64,000 nt of DNA. It comes from Candidatus Amesbacteria bacterium (GTDB lineage Bacteria; Patescibacteriota; Microgenomatia; CAZETR01; Amesbacteraceae). Where the stretch lies: assembly GCA_027331445.1 (NCBI GenBank), contig DAHWUD010000002.1, positions 77,018 to 141,017 on the forward strand. Direction: 5' to 3'. The translations under genes and the position numbers were made by a program. Under the pieces are notes generated by a model. It ran no database searches. It was not told the origin of the DNA and saw nothing but the letters and a program-made list of their open reading frames with translations. Of this stretch, positions 55,849-64,000 are shown in pieces; position 1 is the stretch's first letter, and each line of letters starts with the position of its first letter.

Positions 55849-56703
55849 ATGCAGCTCTCCGACTTAGCCACCGTCTGCTCCCCCAATTGGTGCCCCGGCT
55901 GCGGCGACCTGGCCATTTGGGGCGCCTTTAAAAGTGCTTGTGTCAGCGAGGGTTGGGACAGTACCAATACCGCCCTGGTTGCCGGTATCGGCTGTCATGG
56001 CCACCTTTTAAACTTCACCAAACTCGTCTCCTTCGAGGGTTTGCACGGCCGGGCCATCCCCCTGGCCTTCGGCCTCAAAATGTCCAATCACCGCCTCAAT
56101 GTCTTTGTCTTTACCGGTGACGGAGACTGTCTGTCCGAAGGCGGCAATCACTTTATTCACGCCTGCCGCCGCAATCCCAATCTCAAGATCTTTATCCACG
56201 ACAACGCCATTTATGGCTTAACTACCGGCCAAACCTCTCCTACCTCTCCCTTGGGTTTCAAATCCAAATCCACCCCCGAAGGCAACGCCGATTTTCCCCT
56301 CAATCCTCTGGCCCTGGCCATTGCCTCCGGCGCCACTTTCGTCGCCCGCGGCTACGCCGGCGATATTCCCGGCCTTTCTGCCCTCATGATCAAAGCGCAG
56401 CAGCATCAGGGCCTGGCCGTTGTGGACATCCTCCAACCCTGCGTCACCTTCAACAAGGAATACACTCATACTTTTTATCGCGAAAACACCTATCAGTTAG
56501 ACGGGTCATACCAGCCTACCGACAAAATCGCGGCTTTCCAAAAAGCCCAGGAATGGGGTCTCAAAAGTATTCCCCTGGGTATTTTCTACGCCGTCGATTC
56601 CCCCACTTATGAATCCCGTTTTCCCCAAATTGCCGCCACTCCCCTGGTCGATCATTCCCCGGACAGGCCGGATCTTTCCGGATTGTTCCGCAAATTCGTC
56701 TAA
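55849..56703 (+). CDS. 2-oxoacid:ferredoxin oxidoreductase beta subunit
   Basis: WCPGCG, GIGC, HGR, GDGD, YGLT.GQ.SPT, QPCVTFN. Confidence 0.95.
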   Translation: MQLSDLATVCSPNWCPGCGDLAIWGAFKSACVSEGWDSTNTALVAGIGCHGHLLNFTKLVSFEGLHGRAIPLAFGLKMSNHRLNVFVFTGDGDCLSEGGNHFIHACRRNPNLKIFIHDNAIYGLTTGQTSPTSPLGFKSKSTPEGNADFPLNPLALAIASGATFVARGYAGDIPGLSALMIKAQQHQGLAVVDILQPCVTFNKEYTHTFYRENTYQLDGSYQPTDKIAAFQKAQEWGLKSIPLGIFYAVDSPTYESRFPQIAATPLVDHSPDRPDLSGLFRKFV

Positions 56704-57278
56704 CTTTGTTTTTCTCTCACTCCGTACTTTTCCCAAAATACCATCTCTCCGATCGGCTTTCTGTTTTCTTCATTATGCGGTACCGGACTTCCCCGGATAT
56801 GTCCCAGTGCCAGACTCCCGATCACCACCTGTTCCCGCGGGATTTCCAGCGTCAAATATGTCGTCTCTCTATCCATCGTCACCCAGCACGCCCCGATCCC
56901 CAGGCTCCACGCCGCCAGCCACATGTCTTGTAACGCTGCCGCCGCCGCGTATTCATACTGGTTATGTTCAGCTAGCCAAACGATCAGCTCTTTTCGTTCC
57001 TGGTTTTGCACCTCCTGCTCCGTCATTACCTGTTTTTCCGTGCTCACCACAATGCATACTTTGGCAGATCGCATGAAGCCTCCCTCTTTCGCCGTCTGCG
57101 CGAGCGTCTGTATGGTTTCCGGCTTTTTTACCACCACCAGGTGCCAAGGTTGGGAATCCAGCGGGCTGGGTGACCACCGCCCCGCCTCCAGAATTTGTGC
57201 CAACATTTCATCACCCACTTCCTCTTCCGTCCACGCCCGTACCGACCGCCGGGATTTTATGGCCTCGATTACTTCCAT
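56700..57278 (-). CDS. Nitroreductase family protein
   Basis: RRSVR, SPS...QPW, LAA..LG.GACW. Confidence 0.92.
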   Translation of the reverse strand: MEVIEAIKSRRSVRAWTEEEVGDEMLAQILEAGRWSPSPLDSQPWHLVVVKKPETIQTLAQTAKEGGFMRSAKVCIVVSTEKQVMTEQEVQNQERKELIVWLAEHNQYEYAAAAALQDMWLAAWSLGIGACWVTMDRETTYLTLEIPREQVVIGSLALGHIRGSPVPHNEENRKPIGEMVFWEKYGVREKQS

Positions 57279-57339
57279 CGTCCCATTATAATTTAGTTAT
57301 TGATCAACCGGAAGATAAACTTTATACTCCTTATCACTT

Positions 57340-57621
57340 ATGGCTGATGCTAATCCTTCCCCCGCTCCTCAGATGGACACCGACAAAGAAGTCATCGTCG
57401 GCAAATACAAAATCAAGGTTCTGCGTAGCGCCTGTATCGGCGCCGCTTCGTGTGTCGCCGTTTCCCCGGGCACTTTTTCCCTCGATCCCCAAAATAAAGC
57501 CGTCGTCAATTCCGGTTCCACCGACGTTCCCGAGAATATTCTCATGGCCGCCCAATCCTGTCCCACCAAAGCCATAGTCATCATCGATACCGAGACCGGA
57601 CAACAGGTTTGGCCCGCTTAA
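57340..57621 (+). CDS. Single-cluster ferredoxin
   Basis: CIGAASC...AA.SCP..AI. Confidence 0.88.
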   Translation: MADANPSPAPQMDTDKEVIVGKYKIKVLRSACIGAASCVAVSPGTFSLDPQNKAVVNSGSTDVPENILMAAQSCPTKAIVIIDTETGQQVWPA

Positions 57622-57624
57622 TTT

Positions 57625-58524
57625 ATGTCTAAAGGTTACCTTCTCGCCGCCGCCGCCGCCCTCATTTCCGGCGTTTCCATTTTTCTCAACAAATACGCTG
57701 TTACCGCCATTGTCCAGCCCTTAGTCTTTACCGCCGTCAAAAACTCCCTCGTCGCCCTCCTCATCCTGGCTCTGATCTTCGCCTCCGGTAAATGGCGCGG
57801 GGTTAAACAGCTTAGCCGCCGGCAGCTGCTGCTTCTGCTCGCCATCGGTATTATCGGCGGCTCCCTGCCTTTCTATCTCTTCTTTACCGGCTTGTCCCTC
57901 ATTCCCGCAGTCACCGGGGCCATTATTCAAAAGACTTTGGTGGTTTGGGTCGCCCTGCTGGCTTTTCCCTGGCTCAAAGAAAAGCTCTCCCCCGCCCACT
58001 GGGCCTTGGTCGTGCTCCTCTTTGCCGCCAACATCGCCGTCGGCGGTTTTCCCGGATTTAAACTCTCTATAGGAGAGCTGTTTGTCCTTCTGGCCACTCT
58101 CCTCTGGGCCGTAGAAACCATCCTCGCCAAACTCGTCCTCCCCCGTGTCGACCCGGACTTGGTCACTGCCGCCAGAATGGTCCTGGGATCGGCCATTTTA
58201 TTGACCGTCTCCGCCGTCGCCCAGCCCGCCGCCCTCCTGCATGTGTCCGCTCTGACTCTCACTCAGTGGTCATGGATCATTCTCACCGCCGTTACCTTAC
58301 TGCTTTATGTCACCACCTGGTATCGCGCCCTGAAATTTGCTCCCGCCACCGCCGTCACTGCCATTCTGGTCGCCTCCACTCTGGTTACCAATGTTCTCTC
58401 CGCCGTTTTCGTCACCCATTCTCTCTCCCGCCCCCTCGCCGTCCAGTCCCTGGCTATCGCCGCCGTCGTCGTCGCCTTTAGCCTTCTGCCTCTAGCACGG
58501 CCTCGCTCCACCGTTTCAGGTTAG
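57625..58524 (+). CDS. EamA/DMT family transporter
   Basis: Ten TM helices in two repeats, L.EK. Confidence 0.88.
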   Translation: MSKGYLLAAAAALISGVSIFLNKYAVTAIVQPLVFTAVKNSLVALLILALIFASGKWRGVKQLSRRQLLLLLAIGIIGGSLPFYLFFTGLSLIPAVTGAIIQKTLVVWVALLAFPWLKEKLSPAHWALVVLLFAANIAVGGFPGFKLSIGELFVLLATLLWAVETILAKLVLPRVDPDLVTAARMVLGSAILLTVSAVAQPAALLHVSALTLTQWSWIILTAVTLLLYVTTWYRALKFAPATAVTAILVASTLVTNVLSAVFVTHSLSRPLAVQSLAIAAVVVAFSLLPLARPRSTVSG

Positions 58525-59188
58525 CTTCCTCCCGCTCCGTCAATATTTTCACCGCCTGCTTCCAGTGCACAGCTACCGTCTCCCCTACTTTTACCCCCGG
58601 CAACATCTCTTCCCTATATTTATATTTCCCCTCCAAAACAGTCAGCTTTTTTTTACCTTTCATTTTGGCCAAACTGATCAGATTTACCGTTAACCGGGCC
58701 CGGCCTACCTCCGTCACTTTTCCCCACCGGATCATGCAGTTGTTGATCGTCTCCATATTAAACGGCACCGACCCGCTGGCCCGCCCCACTCCCACATGCA
58801 GCACCTGGAACAAATGACAGGGAATAAATTTTTTGGGTTTATCCCTCTCCAATTCCGCCACCAGCCACTCCGGCACCCCCTGCTTGGCCAAATTCGAAAG
58901 TAGTAGCTTGTAATGCTCTCCCTTTGCCTTCTTCAGTTCCTCATTTCCCAGCCAGTACGCCTCTACCCCGGCATAACTCAGCTTATCCTTTCCGGTCACC
59001 GCTGTGAGTGTCTCCAGATAGGGGTTTAATACGATAAATTTACCCACTTCCTTCGCAATTCCCTCGCACGCTCCCTTTTCTATACATTCCCGAAACTTGG
59101 CAGGTGCCGTTCCCCGCCCGCAGTACCCCAGACTATTCGGCGGCAGTGCGAATCGGGCCGCCAGTTGTAATGCTTTTTTCTCCGCCAT
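58478..59188 (-). CDS. DUF6390-like protein
   Basis: PPN.LGYCG, VEAYWLGN, H.F.V, C...WG.V, V.VHW. Confidence 0.75.
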   Translation of the reverse strand: MAEKKALQLAARFALPPNSLGYCGRGTAPAKFRECIEKGACEGIAKEVGKFIVLNPYLETLTAVTGKDKLSYAGVEAYWLGNEELKKAKGEHYKLLLSNLAKQGVPEWLVAELERDKPKKFIPCHLFQVLHVGVGRASGSVPFNMETINNCMIRWGKVTEVGRARLTVNLISLAKMKGKKKLTVLEGKYKYREEMLPGVKVGETVAVHWKQAVKILTEREEANLKRWSEAVLEAEG

Positions 59189-59205
59189 TCGCTATATTGT
59201 ACAGC

Positions 59206-59607
59206 ATGACCGTTTACGTCTTCGGTAACCCCGACGTCCCCCCGGATGATCGCGCCTTCATTGTCACCGCCCGCCTGAAATCCGTCTTTCCCGCTATCGA
59301 TTTTCAGCCTGTTGCCCCCAATGCCGACCTTCCCTTCGCCGACGTGGATCATGTCCGCCTTATCGACGTCGTCGCCGGCCTTCCCCACGCCGCTTTAATT
59401 GACCAAACTGACCTGGGCCGTTTAATCACTTCCCCCTCTGTTACTGCCCACGACTATGATTTGGGGTTTCAGCTCAGGTACTTAAAAAAACTCGGCCGGC
59501 TCGGCCGCGTCTCCATTCTCGGTCTCCCACCTCATGGCCGGCTGAATTATTCCCTGATCCAGTCAATCTTCAAAAAATTGGTCGCGCAGGACATGCAGGG
59601 GTCGTAA
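59206..59607 (+). CDS. Hydrogenase maturation protease-like protein
   Basis: VFGN....DD, ID, S.TAHD; adjacent to the large subunit. Confidence 0.65.
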   Translation: MTVYVFGNPDVPPDDRAFIVTARLKSVFPAIDFQPVAPNADLPFADVDHVRLIDVVAGLPHAALIDQTDLGRLITSPSVTAHDYDLGFQLRYLKKLGRLGRVSILGLPPHGRLNYSLIQSIFKKLVAQDMQGS

Positions 59608-60851
59608 GCCCGGATAATCACTTCCGCCGCGTGATGTAATTCTTCTTCGCTCTGCCCGATATTCTCATTGAAATATTTCTTCAGGTCGTTTTCGATCGTG
59701 ATCTGGTTTTGGGCCGTCGGCACGATCACTTCATACCCTTCGATCATCCCTTTGTCGTTAACTTTTGCCATATGATACAACACCCCCCGCGGCGCCTCCA
59801 CCACTCCGACTCCCTCCCCGGCCTGCCACGGCTTTCTCACCGGCTTTTCTTCCGGGTTGATCTGGATGGACTTGAGAATGTCTATGGCGTCGTCCACGCA
59901 TTGCAGCACTTCCACCGCCTGCGCCAGGTTGTTATGGTAAATGTTCTCTGATGGGAACACCGTTAGGTACTCTCCTGCGTCCGCCGCCGTCCGGGAATTA
60001 AGTAAGTCTTTGTTGAAATTCATGCGCGCGAGCGCCCCCACCAGGTAATCCTCGTGTGTCTGTGCCAGTTTATATCCCTCCGCTTGTGAATACGGGATCA
60101 CTACCTGCTCCAAAAAGTTTTTAAACTCTTTTTCGTAAAACCGCCTCCCGTCGGAAATCCTCAGCTCCCCTTCCAGAAAATCATATTGCCGGTCATTTCT
60201 CAGATACATGTAATCGCTGTTGCGCACCAAACTGTCCTTGGCCTCAAAAAAAGTCTTTATCCCCCGCAGCACTTGCGGCCGGATGGCTTCCAGCCGGGTG
60301 ACCAGCTCCGGAAATTTCGTGGGATCGGGGTTTCTCAGAAACCCTCCCACCGTCGGCCAGGGTGCGTGAATGGCGGCCCCGATAACCACATTGGTAATAT
60401 CCGTCCCCAGCCTTTTGATATCAAATGAGTCGTGCAGCAGCACGTGCCCGATATCGGCGTCGTCATCCGGAATCTCCAAAATGGAATCCAGCCCCAGAAT
60501 ATCCGGCAGCACAAAAAAATACAGGTGCAATGCGTGATCCCGAATCATCAGTCCGTCATACGCCAGCCGCCGTAGCAATTTGCTCTGCTCTGACAATTCG
60601 ATCCCCTGCGACCTTTCCACCGCCTCCAGGCTGGCAAATAGGTGCGCCACGGAGCACGTTCCGCAGATTCGCGACAAAAACGCCGGCACGGCGATTATTG
60701 GCTTGCCGACTACCGCCTCCGTGTAAAACCGCCGGTAGTCCTGGACGATAAATTTCAAATCCGTCACCGTGTCATTTTCAATCTTCACTGCCAGTCCGGC
60801 CGACCCCTCGATTTTGGTTACGTTTTCAATCGTGATATCTCCGCTGTGCAT
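59547..60851 (-). CDS. NiFe hydrogenase large subunit, group 3-like
   Basis: KIEG, RICGTC..AH, EAPRG.L.H, PT.QN, DPCMSCATN. Confidence 0.92.
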   Translation of the reverse strand: MHSGDITIENVTKIEGSAGLAVKIENDTVTDLKFIVQDYRRFYTEAVVGKPIIAVPAFLSRICGTCSVAHLFASLEAVERSQGIELSEQSKLLRRLAYDGLMIRDHALHLYFFVLPDILGLDSILEIPDDDADIGHVLLHDSFDIKRLGTDITNVVIGAAIHAPWPTVGGFLRNPDPTKFPELVTRLEAIRPQVLRGIKTFFEAKDSLVRNSDYMYLRNDRQYDFLEGELRISDGRRFYEKEFKNFLEQVVIPYSQAEGYKLAQTHEDYLVGALARMNFNKDLLNSRTAADAGEYLTVFPSENIYHNNLAQAVEVLQCVDDAIDILKSIQINPEEKPVRKPWQAGEGVGVVEAPRGVLYHMAKVNDKGMIEGYEVIVPTAQNQITIENDLKKYFNENIGQSEEELHHAAEVIIRAYDPCMSCATNFLKIDWIRE

Positions 60852-60854
60852 ATT

Positions 60855-61346
60855 TTATGCCGGGACAATGCTAAATAGTTTCAGGTATTTCGTCAGCATC
60901 GCCATAAACGTCTCCGCATTCATCGGACACCCGGGCACCGCATCGTCTATCTTGATTACTTCCTCGAGCTTCCGCACTTTCTGGCTGTAATCAAAATTCT
61001 TCATATACCATTGGATTCTTTCCGTAATCATCTCGTCTTTAAAATCGTTTCTGGATGCCGACGGCAGCCCCGTGCACGCGCACGCTCCGATCGCCACCAC
61101 ATACTTGGCGTTATCCCGGATTTTTTTTACCTCCGCCTCCTGCTTCGCCGACGAAATCGCCCCTTCCACAAACGCCACATCTAAACCCTCGATGGAATTT
61201 TTAGTTTTCAGTTGCCTGACATACTTAAAATCTACCAGTTTCTTCCATTCATCCAGGTGATCGTTCAGAAGCTCCGTAAACAAAATCGTGCTGTCCTCGC
61301 AGCAGGTAAATGAGAACCAGCCCACGGCCAATTTTTTCCCGTCCAT
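60855..61346 (-). CDS. NiFe hydrogenase small subunit, truncated (proximal-cluster domain only)
   Basis: TCCEDS, VEGA, G.CA..G, PGCP; 163 aa. Confidence 0.88.
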   Translation of the reverse strand: MDGKKLAVGWFSFTCCEDSTILFTELLNDHLDEWKKLVDFKYVRQLKTKNSIEGLDVAFVEGAISSAKQEAEVKKIRDNAKYVVAIGACACTGLPSASRNDFKDEMITERIQWYMKNFDYSQKVRKLEEVIKIDDAVPGCPMNAETFMAMLTKYLKLFSIVPA

Positions 61347-61360
61347 GCTAATATAATATC

Positions 61361-61561
61361 ATGTGTTTAGCCATCCCGGGCCGGGTCACCGGCATCGACG
61401 GCGCCCGGGTCACCGTTCAATATCCGGGGCAGTCCCGCATCGTTCTCTCCGGCGGTGAATCCGTCAAAATCGGCGACCATGTTTTAGTCCAGATGGGTAT
61501 TATTATTCAGATAATTTCCCCCCGCCGGGCCGCCGCCTCTCTTCGCGCCTGGACCTCATAG
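61361..61561 (+). CDS. hypC: HypC family hydrogenase chaperone
   Basis: MCLAIPG, GD.VLV. Confidence 0.88.
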   Translation: MCLAIPGRVTGIDGARVTVQYPGQSRIVLSGGESVKIGDHVLVQMGIIIQIISPRRAAASLRAWTS

Positions 61562-61565
61562 ACTC

Positions 61566-61928
61566 TTATTTTATTGCCTCCTGAAGCGTCGCAAATCCCA
61601 AAAGCGCGCATTTCCTTCGCGCCGGCGTCAGCGTAATCCCCATTTTTTTTAAAAAAGCCTCCGACGTCATTTTTTTTATTTTTACCACCGGCTGACCCTC
61701 CGTCTCTCCCGTCAGTATCGATGCCGCCGCTCTGGCTATCGCGCACCCCTCCCCTTCCCATGCTATCTCGGCGATTTTTTTATTGACGATTCTGGCACTG
61801 ATGTGGATTTTGTCCCCGCACAACTCATTCACCGAAGTTTTCTCCGCATTGGCGTTTTTTACTACCCCGTAATTTTGCGGGTGCTCAAAATTCTCCAGAA
61901 TTATTTCCCTGTACAACGGATCATTCAT
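61566..61928 (-). CDS. sufU: SufU/IscU-like Fe-S scaffold
   Basis: P.N.G, CGD, GCAI..A.AS, R..CA.L. Confidence 0.9.
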   Translation of the reverse strand: MNDPLYREIILENFEHPQNYGVVKNANAEKTSVNELCGDKIHISARIVNKKIAEIAWEGEGCAIARAAASILTGETEGQPVVKIKKMTSEAFLKKMGITLTPARRKCALLGFATLQEAIK

Positions 61929-63142
61929 ACTCTGAATATCTTTTTTACCTCGGCTATTCCTTCTGCCAGCCGGTCTATATCCTCTTTGGTGTTATACAGA
62001 TATATCGACGCCCGCACCGTGCTTTCCACCCCCAGCCTGGCCAGAAGCGGCATGGCACAGTGATGTCCGGTGCGCACGCAAATCTGTTTCCTGTTGAGAA
62101 TCTCTCCGACGTCATGCGCATGAACTCCCGCCACATTGAACGCCACCACTCCCAGTCGGTTTTTTCCGCTTTTGCTCCCGTAGATCTCCACCCTGGGAAT
62201 TTTTATCAGTGTTTCCAGCAGATATTCCGTCAGTTCTTTCTCGTATCCGGCGATTTTTTCCCTTCCCGCCTTCTGCAGGTAATCGACAGCCGCCCCCAGG
62301 CCCGCCGCCCCCTCCAGCCGTCCCGTCCCCGTCTCGAACTTTTCCGGCACCCGGTTCCAGCTTGCCCCCTCCTCCGTCACCTCATTGATCATATGGCTTC
62401 CCGACAGCATCGGGTCCATCGCCTCCAGCAATTCCCGCCTGGCCCACAGTCCCCCGATCCCCGACGGCCCCAGCATTTTATGTCCCGACCACGCCAGAAA
62501 ATCACACCCCAGTTTACCGACGTCGATCTTCATATGCGGTATGGACTGCGCCGCATCCACCACCAGCTTCGCTTTTATTTTTCGCCGCTTTAAATAATCG
62601 GCAATTTCGGCAATCGGGTTAACTGTCCCCAGCACGTTTGACGCCTGGGTCAAAGCCACCAGTTTTATCTTCTCTTTTTTTATCTTCGCTTTATCCAAAA
62701 TCCGATAATCAATCGTAAAATCAGGTAAAAGCGGCAGCATGAATATCCTGATTCCGATTTCCTTCCGCAGCCGCAGCCAGGGCACAAAATTTGAGTGGTG
62801 CTCTGCCGCAGAGATTACCACTATATCCCCGCTGGTCAGAAACTTTTTCCCGTACCCCAGCGCCACCAGGTTTAAGGCCTCCGAGGCGTTCCCCGTAAAT
62901 ACTATTTCCCTCTCATCCCTGGCTCCCACAAACCTCGCCATCTTACCCCTTGCCCCCTCAAATATGTCGGTCGCCTCCTGGCTCAAATCATAAATTCCCC
63001 GGTGTACGTTGGCGTTGTGTTTTTCCAAAAACTCCGTCATCGCCGCTATCACCTGCCGGGGTTTCTGGCTGGTCGCCGCACTGTCCAGATATACCATCTC
63101 CGGCCGGTTGCCAAAAATCGGGAAATCTTTTCTGAGGTTCAT
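61925..63142 (-). CDS. sufS: Cysteine desulfurase
   Basis: YLDSAATSQKP, NVHRG, EHHSN, SGHKM, RTGHHCA. Confidence 0.96.
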   Translation of the reverse strand: MNLRKDFPIFGNRPEMVYLDSAATSQKPRQVIAAMTEFLEKHNANVHRGIYDLSQEATDIFEGARGKMARFVGARDEREIVFTGNASEALNLVALGYGKKFLTSGDIVVISAAEHHSNFVPWLRLRKEIGIRIFMLPLLPDFTIDYRILDKAKIKKEKIKLVALTQASNVLGTVNPIAEIADYLKRRKIKAKLVVDAAQSIPHMKIDVGKLGCDFLAWSGHKMLGPSGIGGLWARRELLEAMDPMLSGSHMINEVTEEGASWNRVPEKFETGTGRLEGAAGLGAAVDYLQKAGREKIAGYEKELTEYLLETLIKIPRVEIYGSKSGKNRLGVVAFNVAGVHAHDVGEILNRKQICVRTGHHCAMPLLARLGVESTVRASIYLYNTKEDIDRLAEGIAEVKKIFRV

Positions 63143-63696
63143 ATACTTAAATTCCTCATGGCCAGCTTCCTCATTTTCTCCGGAAATTTACGCAGCATGC
63201 TCTGGGCGAATCCGGACACCACCAGCCGATAAGCCTGCTCCCGGTCTACCCCCCGGCTCATTAAATAAAACATTTGTTCTTCGTCCACCCGGCCGACGGT
63301 AGCCGCATGCCCGGCCTTGACGTCATTCTCCCCTATCTCCAGGTTCGGCACTGCCCGCCCCGCCGCCTGCCCGGACAAAAGCAGCAGGTGCGCTCCCAGC
63401 CAGGCATCGGACCCGGCCGCCCCCGGCAAAATCTTCACCCACCCGTCAAAATCCACCCTGGCCCGCTCCCCCAGGGCCCCCTTGACCAAAAGTTGGCTTT
63501 TAGTCTGCCGGGCCAGGTGCCGCACTTCCGCTTTAATATTTAGGCTGCTCGTGCCTTTTCCCAACAGTAACAGTAGTATTTCCGTCTCCGCCCCCTCCCC
63601 CGCCAGATCCACATTTATATCCATTTCCGTTTCCTCTCCCGTCCACAGTATCGGCAGCGTTTTTTTCTGCCCCGCCTTTACCGTAATTCTGTTCAT
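63139..63696 (-). CDS. sufD: SufD-like Fe-S assembly protein (short)
   Basis: P.LEI...DV.A.HAATVG, FYLMSRG. Confidence 0.88.
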   Translation of the reverse strand: MNRITVKAGQKKTLPILWTGEETEMDINVDLAGEGAETEILLLLLGKGTSSLNIKAEVRHLARQTKSQLLVKGALGERARVDFDGWVKILPGAAGSDAWLGAHLLLLSGQAAGRAVPNLEIGENDVKAGHAATVGRVDEEQMFYLMSRGVDREQAYRLVVSGFAQSMLRKFPEKMRKLAMRNLSI

Positions 63697-64000
63697 CCCA
63701 CCGCCCCCTCCATGGACAGGTTAATTAATTGGTTCAGTTCCACCGCATACTCCAGCGGCAATTCTTTGGCAATCGGTTCAATAAATCCGTTGACCACCAG
63801 CGCCGTGGCCGCCGCCTCCGACAACCCCCGGCTCATCAGGTAAAACAGTTGTTCCTCCCCCACTTTAGACACACTGGCTTCATGCCCCAGAGTCACCTCC
63901 CGTTCATTTACAATATTAACTGGATACGTGTCCGACCGCGATTTTTTATCCAGTATTAAGGCATCGCACCGCACAAACGATTTACTCCCCCGTGCTCCCG
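63693..64000 (-). CDS. sufB: SufB, 3' end (truncated by the window edge)
   Basis: CDAL, SDTYP, HEA.VS, FYLMSRG, ELP.EYA.E. Confidence 0.92.
   Translation of the reverse strand, partial: GARGSKSFVRCDALILDKKSRSDTYPVNIVNEREVTLGHEASVSKVGEEQLFYLMSRGLSEAAATALVVNGFIEPIAKELPLEYAVELNQLINLSMEGAVG

Noticed and set aside
1-64000. Stop-codon reassignment or selenocysteine
   Set aside because: TGA, TAG and TAA all terminate conserved genes at the expected positions, and the hydrogenase motifs use Cys codons.

Overview
A gene-dense bacterial window in the standard genetic code. It most likely comes from a Patescibacteria/CPR (Microgenomates-like) genome; this is an inference from gene content, near-leaderless TATAAT-ATG starts, very short intergenic spacers and strong strand skew. 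From left to right it contains: a class II ribonucleotide reductase with nrdR and tandem NrdR boxes; two tandem class A PBPs and glycosyltransferases; a pentose-phosphate/glycolysis cluster (pfkB, class I fba, split tkt, LOG, rpe, gap, a shortened pgk, rpiB, archaeal-type tpi); uppP, glgP, an atypical P1B ATPase and an ATP-grasp ligase; a TasA/SipW-type fibre operon converging on a type IV pilus cluster; msrB/msrA, efp/epmA and a P3A H+-ATPase; and a 13.5 kb redox island. That island encodes an ADP-forming acyl-CoA synthetase fused to an FNR-type flavoreductase, a 2-oxoacid:ferredoxin oxidoreductase, a ferredoxin, a minimal group 3-like NiFe hydrogenase with atypical motifs and a reduced maturation set, and the suf genes. 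The best novelty candidates are the ACD-FNR fusion with its hydrogenase neighbourhood, the SipW-TasA motif-LTD fusion, and a two-copy leader hairpin with an identical 19-nt core. I found no rRNA, tRNA, CRISPR array or transposase. All product calls come from motif recognition by eye; no database searches were run.
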